The notes below the pieces were generated by a model. That model was not told the DNA's origin, did not search any database, and saw only the letters and a list, made by a program, of their open reading frames with translations. Shown here piece by piece: positions 21,439 to 31,346 of a DNA stretch of 64,000 nt; within the stretch, counting starts at the first letter, position 1, and each line of letters starts with the position of its first letter. Made by a program: the position numbers and the translations under genes. The stretch lies in the NCBI GenBank assembly GCA_040285745.1, contig JAUFOR010000004.1:62001-126000 (forward strand). Reading direction: 5' to 3'. The DNA is from Barthelona sp. PCE. Taxonomy: Eukaryota.

Positions 21439-24400
21439 TTATTCAGTGGTGTTTTCCTCATGATCAGGGCGAATGATTGGGCGAATGTAAGGCTCGATAT
21501 CCTTCTTGGATGCAATCCTCTTGGTGCCGATGCGGAAAGCTGAAACCGAATCACGAGACATACTGGTGTAATAAGTACCTGCGCGAATCATATCCAAGAA
21601 TCTGGTCAAAACATTGAAATATGAAGTGTCTGAGACACGAGCACGTAAAAATGTCTCAAGAGGGATGCGATCGATATAAGAAGAAGGATATAGATAAGTA
21701 CCACTGTAACCAATACCACCATCAGTGAACACCTTAAGCATAATCGTCATCCATCTTAGCTTTAAGCATGACTTCAAATCAGAGTCCTCGATCAATTTCA
21801 TGGCCTTGCACATATTATCTACCGTCTCAGAACGAACTTCAACGTACATGAGTGCACCTAAGAGAGAAAAGTGATTGCCGTTGTAAGAAATGTGAGGTAG
21901 CTTCAATTCGCCACTGTAAAGCTTGAGAACTGCCTTAATGGCGGGAATGAGCTCATGGTAACCAGCGATAAATGTCTTCCACCAAACCTCTCCGATATGG
22001 AAGCCATCGATCTCGTTGTAACACTCAAGCATGAAAGTAGAGATGGTTCTGAAGAACTCCCGTGTGAGAGCAATATCGTCCTTCAGATAGTACTTGCACA
22101 CATCAGTAAGCTTCTGAGCAACCAAATTGTTGTTCAAGAAAGGCACATACAACTGGTGGGTGCGATCGCGGGCCTTTGCCAGGTGCTGCTCGATAGAAAC
22201 AGTGAGGTTCTCGCGGAAAGTGTCCTTGAGAGGCTCGAGCATCTTAAGGAGGCGCTTGCTATCACGACGCTGAGAGAAGACGAGGCAGATCATCTCGGTG
22301 AAGCGGCTGAAGTAGCGGAAGATGGGCTGGGCGTACTGCTCACAGAACTGCAGGAAGCGGTCAGGGAGCGATACATTAACAAGAGAGTAACCTTGGTTGT
22401 GAAGAGAGGCATTAATGATGGAATTAAGGACGATCTCGACGTTCTTGTAGTCGGTACGAGTGTCACGGAACTCCTTCTCCATGATGGGGCAGAGCCAGTG
22501 GCCAACAACACAATTGAAGGCATCGTTCCAGTGCTCGGTGCCGATCTTGTTGTAGAGGAAGGTGATGAACTCAACGATGCGCTCGACAATCACAACAACA
22601 CCGTAGAAACGGCGTGCAGCGAGACCGACGAGCTGCCAGTACTCACTCTCGAAAACGGAATCGCTCCATCCCTTGTTGAGCATGAGAGAGATCTGATCAA
22701 CGGCGAAGTTGAGCAGAACAAGACGGACATCGACTGCCATGGTCTCCTGGTCCCACATAACCTTTAGGAAGGCGGCGGGGTTAACGCCAGCGTTCTGACG
22801 GGATAGTGCCTGGACAACACCGATAATCATCTTCATGGGAGTGATGCCGAAGCGCCACTCATCGGAATATGCGAGAGCAATGAGATCATCGAAAAGACGC
22901 TTCTGCTCCTCGACAGACGTGTGCATGACATATCCCTCGAGAAGAGTGCGTACGAAAGGAGCAGACTTGGGGATGGTGAGGGCAGTGAGAAGCGCGGAGC
23001 GGGCCATCTCAGCGAAAGAGAGATCGGTGAGGCACATAATGCGGCCGAGGATGAAGATGACGCGCTTGAAGAGTTCAAGGATGTTTGAGTTGGTGAAAGC
23101 ACGGTTGGAAAGGTGTGTGAAGCCAATGATGCGCTTGACGAACTCTTCATTGAGGAAGGTTGTGGAGAAGCGAAGGGAGAACTGCAGAGTACGGAGCATG
23201 TTCTTAATCTCGTTCAGGTCCAGGGTGCTGTTGATCAGATCAGAGATGCTCTCGACGAGGTCACGGCGGGACTGAAGCATCTCCTTGTACTCAGCTTCGG
23301 CCTCCTCATCCTCGATGTCGCGGTCGCTCATCTCGGAGATATCGCGGTCGAGCTCCTCGAGATCGGCGTAAAGACCGAACAGCTTGTCGAGGGGATCAAA
23401 GTAATAAGCAATCTCATCGCGAACCTGGATAGCAAGGGAATCGAAGCGCTCAACGTTAGGGATGTCATAAACGGAGCTGATTCTGTACATCTTGCTAACG
23501 AAGTCACTACGAGTAATGATACGGCTGTTCGTTAAGGGGTCTTGGTAACCCTTGACAACCTTGTGGCGGGCCTTGGGGCGAGCAATGGGATAAACCTTGT
23601 CTGGTCCGGGCATATCAGTGGCGTCGACACAGAGCATCCTGAGGGCAGCGAAGGTGCTGCCGTTACAGAGGGAAATGTACTGGTCAAGAGAGTATTGACG
23701 CACAAGTTCTTGGTTATCAAAGCACAACTGTTTCTCCGCATAGTTCCAAACACGGCGGATGTTAAGCATATGAATTAGACTATTGAAGATGCGCTGAAGA
23801 ATAGACATATCAGTGCTGGCTGTGGCTTGACGAGCAAGAAGGCCATCAATGACGTAGCGATAGCATTCTTCAGACACGTAGTTGACGATCTTGTTGTACT
23901 TATCGTGACGCTCATGAGTGCTGTTGTTGCGCTTATCATCGAGGTTATAAATAGTGTAACATTTACCACGCTCGAACCTGTGAGGTAAGATAACGTAAGG
24001 TAGTTGTGTGTAAAATTTGTGATGGTTGATAAGAGCGTATCTGATGAAAGTGTCTGCGGACTCATTGCGCTTCTCAACCTTCTCATCGTAGATATCAGCA
24101 ATCTCCATCATCTTGTCAAAGAAGTGCTTCATGTGCTCAAGAGGGAAGAAATTAGGAGCAATCTTGTGGTTGACCATAAACTGGTACAAATTCATTGACT
24201 TGTAGATGTTGTGCATGATCTTATGATCAATGTTGGCGATGAAGTACTCGGCGAGGTTGTCGACTGTCTCAGGCTTGTAGAAGAAGGGACTGTGATCATA
24301 ATCGATATTGATGTAACAGTAAGAATCCTCAGGAACACGACCGATAATGTGAGGAGTAACGGCCTTGAAGGTATCCCACTCTGTCCAGTCGCCGGTGCAG

Positions 24401-25854
24401 ATGAAACGCTGGAGCAAACGGTAAAGCGTAGCGTGGGCATCGGTGTGGAGAAGTCCGTTCTTGCCAATGAAAAGGTACAAAATGTGGGAAACCTCATAGG
24501 TTTTACCAGAAAGACGAACTGTGTATTCGGGTTTGGGGGTGGTGGCACACCCAAGAGTGACAAAATTCAAGATGGTGCCAACCTGGTTGCTGAGATGCTC
24601 AGGCTTATAGTAACGGTCCCAATACTCTTCCTTCTCAAGCTGAACATACAGGTGGTTGGCCAATGCATGTCTGAACTTATCAAGACCTGGGAAATAGCTG
24701 TGAGGATTCTTTGATGAGGCAAAGTATTCACTGATAGTATACCATTCACTAATAACGTTACCTGTTTCCTTGTTGTAAGTATCCTTGACAGCAGTGTATT
24801 TGTACAAATTGGATTCGTCGAAATAACACTCAAGCAAACGCATGAAAAGACTGCCAGGTTCGGTTGAGAAAGCAATACCCCTCTCACGATACTGCCTTCT
24901 GAAAGAAGATATTGACATAAAGCTGCGATATTGAGCTGATTTGAATGCCTTAACAGCAATATCATCACCGTGATACTTGATGAAGTAAGGCATCATCTCC
25001 CAGTAGGTTGAATAAGTGTAGACCTCAGCCTTGAAGAGCTCATCAATGAAAAATTTCGGCTCTTCGACTGCGAATTTGTGCATAATACGATTTAAAAGTT
25101 GTGATTTATGCATCTTGGATGAACTGTAAAGATATGCAACAGAGTGAATGTTTTGTCCAGATTTAATGCGGTCCAAAAAGATCTCACGAGACTTTTCAGG
25201 GGAATTAAGCACGTAGTTGTTGAAGCGGTAATGATTATGGGTTGAACCATAAAGCTGACTATCGTTATTCTTGTGCATAGCATCAGTATAAATATCATAG
25301 ACAATTTCATAGAAACGAGGCTGAATGAACTCAAAGGGAATACTCTTGCTGACGTTGAACTTATCCAGAATGTACTTCTTGGCAACGGTGGGTGAAGCGG
25401 CAATGTAGAGAGTACGCAGCTGCTTACCGCTCAAGAGCTGGTTCCATGCAGGATCGCTGATAATTGCATCAGCAATGGCTGTGTAGCGTCCGTTCTTACC
25501 GTAACGAGACAACTGAGAGAGGTATCTTGCTCGAAAAGCAACAGGTGCTGTTGAGAATACCTCAAGCAGGTTCTCCTTGGTGATCATGTGGTGAAAGAAC
25601 TTGGGCTGTGTCTTGAACAGATTGGCAATGTACTTTCTGACCCAGCTGGTCTTTGTGCTGGCTGACATTCCAATCTGGTAGACTTCGTCGTAACGTTTCT
25701 TGGCGATGCTGAGATCCAAGTATATGCGCTGGGCCTTGAGAGACGGGATGTCTGAGAATGTAATAGCATCTAAATCAATAGCGGAACTAAAGAGTTGACT
25801 GAAAAGCTCGTTATAGCGTAAATCAGCAGAGATGAGGGTTAAAAAGTTATCCAT
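21439..25854 (-). CDS. Large uncharacterised, probably alpha-helical (HEAT-like) protein, ~1,471 aa
   Basis: Long uninterrupted ORF; first ATG (MDNFLTLISAD) at 25854 after an A-rich leader; strong third-position C bias in the central part. No catalytic motif recognised. Confidence 0.8.
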   Translation of the reverse strand: MDNFLTLISADLRYNELFSQLFSSAIDLDAITFSDIPSLKAQRIYLDLSIAKKRYDEVYQIGMSASTKTSWVRKYIANLFKTQPKFFHHMITKENLLEVFSTAPVAFRARYLSQLSRYGKNGRYTAIADAIISDPAWNQLLSGKQLRTLYIAASPTVAKKYILDKFNVSKSIPFEFIQPRFYEIVYDIYTDAMHKNNDSQLYGSTHNHYRFNNYVLNSPEKSREIFLDRIKSGQNIHSVAYLYSSSKMHKSQLLNRIMHKFAVEEPKFFIDELFKAEVYTYSTYWEMMPYFIKYHGDDIAVKAFKSAQYRSFMSISSFRRQYRERGIAFSTEPGSLFMRLLECYFDESNLYKYTAVKDTYNKETGNVISEWYTISEYFASSKNPHSYFPGLDKFRHALANHLYVQLEKEEYWDRYYKPEHLSNQVGTILNFVTLGCATTPKPEYTVRLSGKTYEVSHILYLFIGKNGLLHTDAHATLYRLLQRFICTGDWTEWDTFKAVTPHIIGRVPEDSYCYINIDYDHSPFFYKPETVDNLAEYFIANIDHKIMHNIYKSMNLYQFMVNHKIAPNFFPLEHMKHFFDKMMEIADIYDEKVEKRNESADTFIRYALINHHKFYTQLPYVILPHRFERGKCYTIYNLDDKRNNSTHERHDKYNKIVNYVSEECYRYVIDGLLARQATASTDMSILQRIFNSLIHMLNIRRVWNYAEKQLCFDNQELVRQYSLDQYISLCNGSTFAALRMLCVDATDMPGPDKVYPIARPKARHKVVKGYQDPLTNSRIITRSDFVSKMYRISSVYDIPNVERFDSLAIQVRDEIAYYFDPLDKLFGLYADLEELDRDISEMSDRDIEDEEAEAEYKEMLQSRRDLVESISDLINSTLDLNEIKNMLRTLQFSLRFSTTFLNEEFVKRIIGFTHLSNRAFTNSNILELFKRVIFILGRIMCLTDLSFAEMARSALLTALTIPKSAPFVRTLLEGYVMHTSVEEQKRLFDDLIALAYSDEWRFGITPMKMIIGVVQALSRQNAGVNPAAFLKVMWDQETMAVDVRLVLLNFAVDQISLMLNKGWSDSVFESEYWQLVGLAARRFYGVVVIVERIVEFITFLYNKIGTEHWNDAFNCVVGHWLCPIMEKEFRDTRTDYKNVEIVLNSIINASLHNQGYSLVNVSLPDRFLQFCEQYAQPIFRYFSRFTEMICLVFSQRRDSKRLLKMLEPLKDTFRENLTVSIEQHLAKARDRTHQLYVPFLNNNLVAQKLTDVCKYYLKDDIALTREFFRTISTFMLECYNEIDGFHIGEVWWKTFIAGYHELIPAIKAVLKLYSGELKLPHISYNGNHFSLLGALMYVEVRSETVDNMCKAMKLIEDSDLKSCLKLRWMTIMLKVFTDGGIGYSGTYLYPSSYIDRIPLETFLRARVSDTSYFNVLTRFLDMIRAGTYYTSMSRDSVSAFRIGTKRIASKKDIEPYIRPIIRPDHEENTTE

Positions 25855-25938
25855 CTTATGTTTGCCAACAAAAATAAGTGATAAGGGATAGAAAAAGAGT
25901 ATGAGTTTGTAAGAATTTTGAATTCTCCTCAAGATGGT

Positions 25939-26221
25939 AAATGTGTTTGGTTCGCCCGGGCAACACTCAGCAATGGAAGAATTTGAGCATTGGCCAAGCT
26001 TTGAATGTGGATACTCATCAAGATCAAACGTTGTTTCACTGTATTAGAACGCAGGGCCGCTTGCTCGCCCACAAAACTCGGTGGGGCAGACACGAATGTG
26101 CCGTAAAAGCACAACACAACGTGAATTTTTTTCCTTACATCCCTTTTGACAAGTGAGTTTGTACAGTAGACAGGTCATCAAACTACGTGAGTATCAAATA
26201 TATGTTGAATCAAACAAATTT
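25939..26221. ncRNA. Candidate structured ncRNA (~280 nt), family unassigned
   Basis: Nested stems: TGTTTGGTTC 25944-53 / GAATCAAACA 26207-16; GATACTCA 26010-17 / TGAGTATC 26188-95; ACGTTGT 26028-34 / ACAACGT 26116-22; plus internal hairpins. No family signature recognised. Confidence 0.4.
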
Positions 26222-26266
26222 TCAGACATTAAAAATTTCTCACTTTTCTCATTTTGAAACCCTTAA

Positions 26267-27400
26267 ATGGATTCAGACAAAAGGGCAATTTTAGAACGCA
26301 ACATCATGTTTTGTGGGGAGCAAAGAATGGAACTCGTCCACAACTCATTTGTTGCAATTTTTGGTCTGGGAGGTGTGGGATCACATGTTGCACTCCACCT
26401 TGCTCGTTCTGGAGTTGGTAGAATGCTCTTAGTTGATGCCGATGACTTAAGTGTCTCCTCTATCAACAGAAATGCAGTTGGTCTTCTAAAAGATGCACAT
26501 CATCCCAAGGTTGAGGTATGTAAGGAGTACTTTGAGCAAATTCATCCTTCTATCAAGGTTGAATGTATTAAAGATTTCGTTACAAAAGAAAACGTTGAAG
26601 AGTTTCTCGAAGATAAGCCTGATTATGTTATCGACTGTATTGATAACATGGATACAAAGGTGGAACTCGTTAAATATTGCCAAGAGAACGATATTCCAAT
26701 TATTGTTAGCGGTGGTGCTAGTTGCAAATTGGATCCATCAGCTGTTCAATTTGGTACCATTAAGCGAGCCCCTTCATCTGATAAACTTCTACTTCATCTA
26801 CGCCGACGATTGAGAAAACTGCGAATGTCATTGAATATTCCTTGTGTTTTTTCATTGGAGCAACCCCTTGCTACTTTAATTGAGAGTACTGCCGAAGTGA
26901 AGACATCGGATGAGCGAAGAGAACAGTACGGAATTAGCTTTAGGCGACGAATTCTGCCAAGTATGAGCTTTGTGCCTGCTGTCAACGGAATTGCGCTGGC
27001 CAGCTACGTATTCAGATCACTAGCACAGATGGAACCACGTGCTATGAATCTGCCCGATGTTATATGCGGTGGTAATACGCCAAATCTGTTTTTAAAAGCA
27101 CTGGAGAAGTTATTCAAGGATGAAAACATTGAGATGCCACGACCACGCTATGATCTTTTTGATGTTCAAGAGTTTATTTGCTGTTTTAACGGAAACTGTC
27201 TTGTCTGTGATGAAAACAAACGAGTTCTTCCAGTTTTATATGCAGAACCAACTTCTCCTATTATATATAGTATTGCGCCAATGTGTCGCAAACATGCTGA
27301 AGCACACTACGCAGAATCAAAGATTCCTGAAGACTATGGTGACTATATCAATGATCGCTACGTGGAAGCTATTGCTAGATTAAGAAATATGCATGAGTAA
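26267..27400 (+). CDS. TCD1: ThiF/E1-like tRNA threonylcarbamoyladenosine dehydratase (TcdA/TCD1-like)
   Basis: VAIFGLGGVGSH, LVDADDLSVSSINRN, KPDYVIDCIDNMDTKVEL, GGASCKLDPS, CVFSLEQP and RRILPSMSFVPAVNG follow the TcdA/TCD1/2 pattern. Confidence 0.85.
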   Translation: MDSDKRAILERNIMFCGEQRMELVHNSFVAIFGLGGVGSHVALHLARSGVGRMLLVDADDLSVSSINRNAVGLLKDAHHPKVEVCKEYFEQIHPSIKVECIKDFVTKENVEEFLEDKPDYVIDCIDNMDTKVELVKYCQENDIPIIVSGGASCKLDPSAVQFGTIKRAPSSDKLLLHLRRRLRKLRMSLNIPCVFSLEQPLATLIESTAEVKTSDERREQYGISFRRRILPSMSFVPAVNGIALASYVFRSLAQMEPRAMNLPDVICGGNTPNLFLKALEKLFKDENIEMPRPRYDLFDVQEFICCFNGNCLVCDENKRVLPVLYAEPTSPIIYSIAPMCRKHAEAHYAESKIPEDYGDYINDRYVEAIARLRNMHE

Positions 27401-27401
27401 A

Positions 27402-29501
27402 CTAAAATCCATCCGCAATATCAATGTACTCCTGAAGTTGATCATCAGACACAGAGGGATGCATACCTTCAAATGCACGTTCAAAATCTGATTGAAGAAC
27501 ACTGTCCCGTTCTTCATCAATACAGAAGTCTGTTGCATTGTGAATCAGCTGCGCCAGATCTGCACCAGAATATCCTTCAGTACATTTACCGATACTCTCA
27601 ATATCTACTGAGTTATCTAGTGGTAGTTTGTTTGTCATCTTGAGCAGGATATCATGGCGCTGTACATCGTCAGGAAGGGGAACATACACTTTTGATCCAA
27701 TACGCCCTGGTCGAAGAATCGCTGCATCAATCAGGGACGGTCTATTGGTTGCTGCAATGATAAATACACGACCGCGGGATACAAGACCATCCATCTCGGT
27801 GAGCAACTGATTAACAACACGGTCTGCTGGTGAGTTTCTCCCCTGCTCACGCTGCTTACATAGTGAGTCAATTTCATCGAAAAATATAACACATGGTTGA
27901 CTTGCCCTTGCACGCTGAAAAAGTTGCCTAACAATGCGCTCACTCTCACCAAAATACTGATTAAATACTTCAGGTCCCTTAACACTAATAAAATTTGCAC
28001 CAGCTTGTGCGCTGATAGCCTTTGCTAAAAGCGTCTTACCACATCCTGGTGGCCCATACAATAGAACGCCAGATGAAGGTTTTCGATTAAAATGCTCATA
28101 CACTTGCGGTTTAGTAATGGGTAGCAGAACGTATTTGATCAGTTGCTTCTTAACATCCTCAAGACCACCGATATCATCAAAGGATACGTTGGCGACCGTT
28201 GTGAATCCCTCGCGGAGCATTGCAGGTTGAATTGTTTTGACTGCACTTACAAAATCCTCCATAGATACACTGTTCACAGTTTCATCAACTGGCTCACCGC
28301 TCACGAGTATCTTTAGTGCAACATCTGGTGCAACTCCCACATTCAGTTCATATCTCCGTCTCTTGGCACTCTTAATCGCACCCTTACAAAGGGAAAACAG
28401 ATCTGCACCTACAAACCCTGGGGTGAGAATACTCAACTTACGTAAATTAACATCATCTGATACAGGCATCTCGCTGACTAATTTCTCAAGGATAGACTGT
28501 CGGGCATGTTCGTTGGGGATACCGAGCGCAATTTCTGACTCAAATCGCCCAGGGCGACGAAGTGTTACATCAATAGTATCAATTGTATTTGTCGTTGCGA
28601 TAACGAAAACCTGTTCATTTTTCAGACTGTCCATAAGAGTACCAAGTTGTGACACGATTCTACGTGACATATCCTTGTCGGCCGTTGCCTTCTTTGGCGC
28701 TATTGTATCAAATTCGTCAATAAATATGATCGAGGGAGCGCTTTCCTTTGCCATTGTGAATACATCACGAAGCATAGCTTCACTGCCCCCTGAAATACCA
28801 CTAACAAGTTCTGAGCCAATTATTTCGAAATATGTAAGATTTTCAAAAACAGAACCGATCTCTCCCACAACGGAACGGGCCAGAAATGTCTTGCCACAAC
28901 CACTTGGACCGCAAAAGATAACTCCATGACTGGATTGATGTTCTTCATTGAAATCTGTACCAAATGATAGAGGAATGATAACCTCATCAACCAGTTGATC
29001 GTATATTATGTCGAGACCAGCAACATCTGAAAGACGTTCAGAAGGAATCTCTTGAACAAAAGTTTGAACGCGTGAGGAACCAGTGTTTAATGATGGTGTT
29101 CTTCCATTTGCAGTACGCTTACGCCCGTCTGGGGTGGGTCTAATGTCCATTACTAATTCTGATTTCTCTGTAGCGGGCTTAATCTTACCATCTGATTCTT
29201 GCTCTCTAATGAAACGGCGTAGGGCTTTTTCTGATCGTTTAAGATTTGTGTTGATTCGCATCTGGAGCCTCGATCTAGTGGAGAAATCGTCAGGTTTGAT
29301 TACATTACGAAGAGAAGCATGTTTAGCAACCAACTGATCAAGTATCGCATTCGACACAACCCTATTACCCTCGCTCATCATACACAGAACCTGGTTATCA
29401 AACTGTTGAATAGCTGTTTTTTGAGGAACTTCATCTTCATCTTTAACCGCCACCATTTTTGTTGTATCAGCTTTTTTAACTGTATGACCTCTTTTGCCCA
29501 T
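27402..29501 (-). CDS. RIX7: Type II AAA+ ATPase, NVL/Rix7 (ribosome biogenesis) subfamily of the CDC48 family
   Basis: Two AAA modules (GPSGCGKT / IIFIDEFD and GPPGCGKT / VIFFDEID). ELVSGISGGSE, DMSRRIVSQL and QPAMLREGFTTVANVSFDDIGGL are NVL-like. No CDC48 N-domain is seen. Confidence 0.85.
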   Translation of the reverse strand: MGKRGHTVKKADTTKMVAVKDEDEVPQKTAIQQFDNQVLCMMSEGNRVVSNAILDQLVAKHASLRNVIKPDDFSTRSRLQMRINTNLKRSEKALRRFIREQESDGKIKPATEKSELVMDIRPTPDGRKRTANGRTPSLNTGSSRVQTFVQEIPSERLSDVAGLDIIYDQLVDEVIIPLSFGTDFNEEHQSSHGVIFCGPSGCGKTFLARSVVGEIGSVFENLTYFEIIGSELVSGISGGSEAMLRDVFTMAKESAPSIIFIDEFDTIAPKKATADKDMSRRIVSQLGTLMDSLKNEQVFVIATTNTIDTIDVTLRRPGRFESEIALGIPNEHARQSILEKLVSEMPVSDDVNLRKLSILTPGFVGADLFSLCKGAIKSAKRRRYELNVGVAPDVALKILVSGEPVDETVNSVSMEDFVSAVKTIQPAMLREGFTTVANVSFDDIGGLEDVKKQLIKYVLLPITKPQVYEHFNRKPSSGVLLYGPPGCGKTLLAKAISAQAGANFISVKGPEVFNQYFGESERIVRQLFQRARASQPCVIFFDEIDSLCKQREQGRNSPADRVVNQLLTEMDGLVSRGRVFIIAATNRPSLIDAAILRPGRIGSKVYVPLPDDVQRHDILLKMTNKLPLDNSVDIESIGKCTEGYSGADLAQLIHNATDFCIDEERDSVLQSDFERAFEGMHPSVSDDQLQEYIDIADGF

Positions 29502-29605
29502 CTGTTTTAAAGCTTTGTAAAGTAAAAATCAATGAATAATGTGTGAAAAAGAGACACCAGCAAAAAAATATGAAAATTTATTCACGATTAATGTATTGGA
29601 TCATT

Positions 29606-31210
29606 CTACTGTTCCTCCTTCGACTCTTCTTCGCCTTCCTCAAGTTCAACCTCGACATTCGTAATACGACCCTGTTCATCATGTTTAATGCGAATATTCT
29701 TATCCATGACAGATTTTTCACCAGCTTCGTTCTCGAAAAACGGAACCAACACATCCTTAACAAGACCGACGCGACCGTATTTCTTGCGAAGATCATCTGC
29801 AAGCTTCTGAAGAGCACGACGTTCATCTTGCATCTTATCTTGACGATAGTCCAACAGCTCTTCCTTCTTTCTTAACTTCTCCATCTTTTCATCAAGCTCT
29901 TCCTTTGTTGGCAACTCATTTATACGTGCCTCCATTTCTTCCAAACGCTTTTTCAACTCCTCATTCTCATTCTTCAGCTCTTCCTTCTCTTTCTCACTCT
30001 CTTCGCTTTCTTTCTTCAAAGTATCCATTTCATCTGTTTGCTGTTCCATAGCATGGAACAATTTCGAAAGATCCGTCTCCAAATCAAATCTGTTGTGCTT
30101 CAAGACATCAAGATACTTGCGCAATGTATAATACAGACTCTCAGCAGAATATGTGTTGAAAAAGTATGTTTTCTTAAGAGCTGTAAACGAGAAACCATTT
30201 AATTCATACATGAATCGATCTATTTGATCATAACTATAAAAGGCTTCCGTTACATAGTTCAAACAGTTGAGGATACTAACACCTTCCTTTTTAATCTCAA
30301 CAAGAACTGGTTTAGCCACGTCATCTTCAATACTGTTGACAAAGAACAACGTCTTGCCGTAATCGGGGAGCTTGTGGACCATATCAATGTAGTTGATTTG
30401 ACAATCAACCGGACTCTGACCGTTCAATTTGCTCCATGCAGCAATGATGCGGTCAAAAGTATCATGCTTGTTGATGTAGAATGGGCTGATGTCTTGAGTG
30501 AGATCGTATTGCCTGGAACGTACGTGCATTTCCTTCTCAGAGTCGCAGTCTCCTAGGGCAATCTGAACAGACAATGCGCCCAGACGAATGGCGACTTCAG
30601 CAACAGGAACATATATGTAACCATTGCTTATGCTCTTCTTACATTCGAGGAAGTGCAGCGCGGCCTGGCGCTGGCTCAGCTCAAGTGCATCAATATCCTT
30701 TGTATAAGTATGACGAGTGAGGTATAGATGGGAATCAGTGCTAATATTCTGCCACGCCAACGTAAATTCAGTGCTCAAAATGATGCTACTTCCCGTATCA
30801 ATAGAAACAGCCTTCAGTGAGTAATCTTCAAGAAGATCTTGTGAGAGCTGAGTCTTCTTTGCAACGAGCTTCAAAATTTCACCAACAGTAGCGTTTCTAG
30901 GAGCCATAATTGAACGAACACTGCTGTCTGGGAGTTGCACTGAAAGAGGTGCAATTTTAGATGTGAGGACACATTGTGATTTGGGTCGAATACCATATTC
31001 AAAAATCTGCTTCTCTCTTTCAAGGAATATGCGATGATTTCCTGTAACAAAAGCCAGAATGTAATCATCTAGACCATTGTCCAACTCTATCCGTGATGCA
31101 ATCTCATCTAAAATAGCTTGAACTGATGTTGTAAGTTCAAAAAATAATCGAACAAACTTGCTTTCCTTATCTTCTACAGTGATTTCGAGGCAAACGTGAT
31201 TTCTTGACAT
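29606..31210 (-). CDS. FERM-domain protein (talin-head-like) with C-terminal coiled coil
   Basis: Ubiquitin-like lobes, F2 motif AIRLGALSVQIALGD, YIDMVHKLPDYGKTLFFV, a PH-like F3 lobe, then an E/K-rich coiled coil. Probable start MSRNHV at 31210; an upstream ATG at 31330 is possible. Confidence 0.75.
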   Translation of the reverse strand: MSRNHVCLEITVEDKESKFVRLFFELTTSVQAILDEIASRIELDNGLDDYILAFVTGNHRIFLEREKQIFEYGIRPKSQCVLTSKIAPLSVQLPDSSVRSIMAPRNATVGEILKLVAKKTQLSQDLLEDYSLKAVSIDTGSSIILSTEFTLAWQNISTDSHLYLTRHTYTKDIDALELSQRQAALHFLECKKSISNGYIYVPVAEVAIRLGALSVQIALGDCDSEKEMHVRSRQYDLTQDISPFYINKHDTFDRIIAAWSKLNGQSPVDCQINYIDMVHKLPDYGKTLFFVNSIEDDVAKPVLVEIKKEGVSILNCLNYVTEAFYSYDQIDRFMYELNGFSFTALKKTYFFNTYSAESLYYTLRKYLDVLKHNRFDLETDLSKLFHAMEQQTDEMDTLKKESEESEKEKEELKNENEELKKRLEEMEARINELPTKEELDEKMEKLRKKEELLDYRQDKMQDERRALQKLADDLRKKYGRVGLVKDVLVPFFENEAGEKSVMDKNIRIKHDEQGRITNVEVELEEGEEESKEEQ

Positions 31211-31346
31211 TTTGACGATGATGACAATGTTGAAAAGGGAAAAATTGGCAAAAACGCCAAATTCAAAAAATGCTGAAAATATCTCAATTTTACAACTCAT
31301 AGTGACCATTCCTTCCATTTTACATTCCACTTAGAAAATAAAATCC

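Noticed and set aside
21955-24714. Long + strand and alternative-frame ORFs (270, 146, 140, 167 aa) overlapping the 21439-25854 gene
   Set aside because: Expected shadows of strongly C-ending codon usage on the coding strand; no protein-like motifs.
26097-26113. Minus-strand GCTTTTAC resembling U5 snRNA loop I
   Set aside because: It lacks one C of the invariant GCCUUUUAC, the GC is paired in the stem, and no U5 architecture or Sm site is in the right place.
25941-26156. 71-aa and 62-aa ORFs in the divergent spacer
   Set aside because: Short, no motifs; the region is better explained by RNA-like base pairing.
28237-28929. 230-aa + strand ORF inside RIX7
   Set aside because: Antisense to a conserved AAA domain; S/T/I-rich shadow translation.
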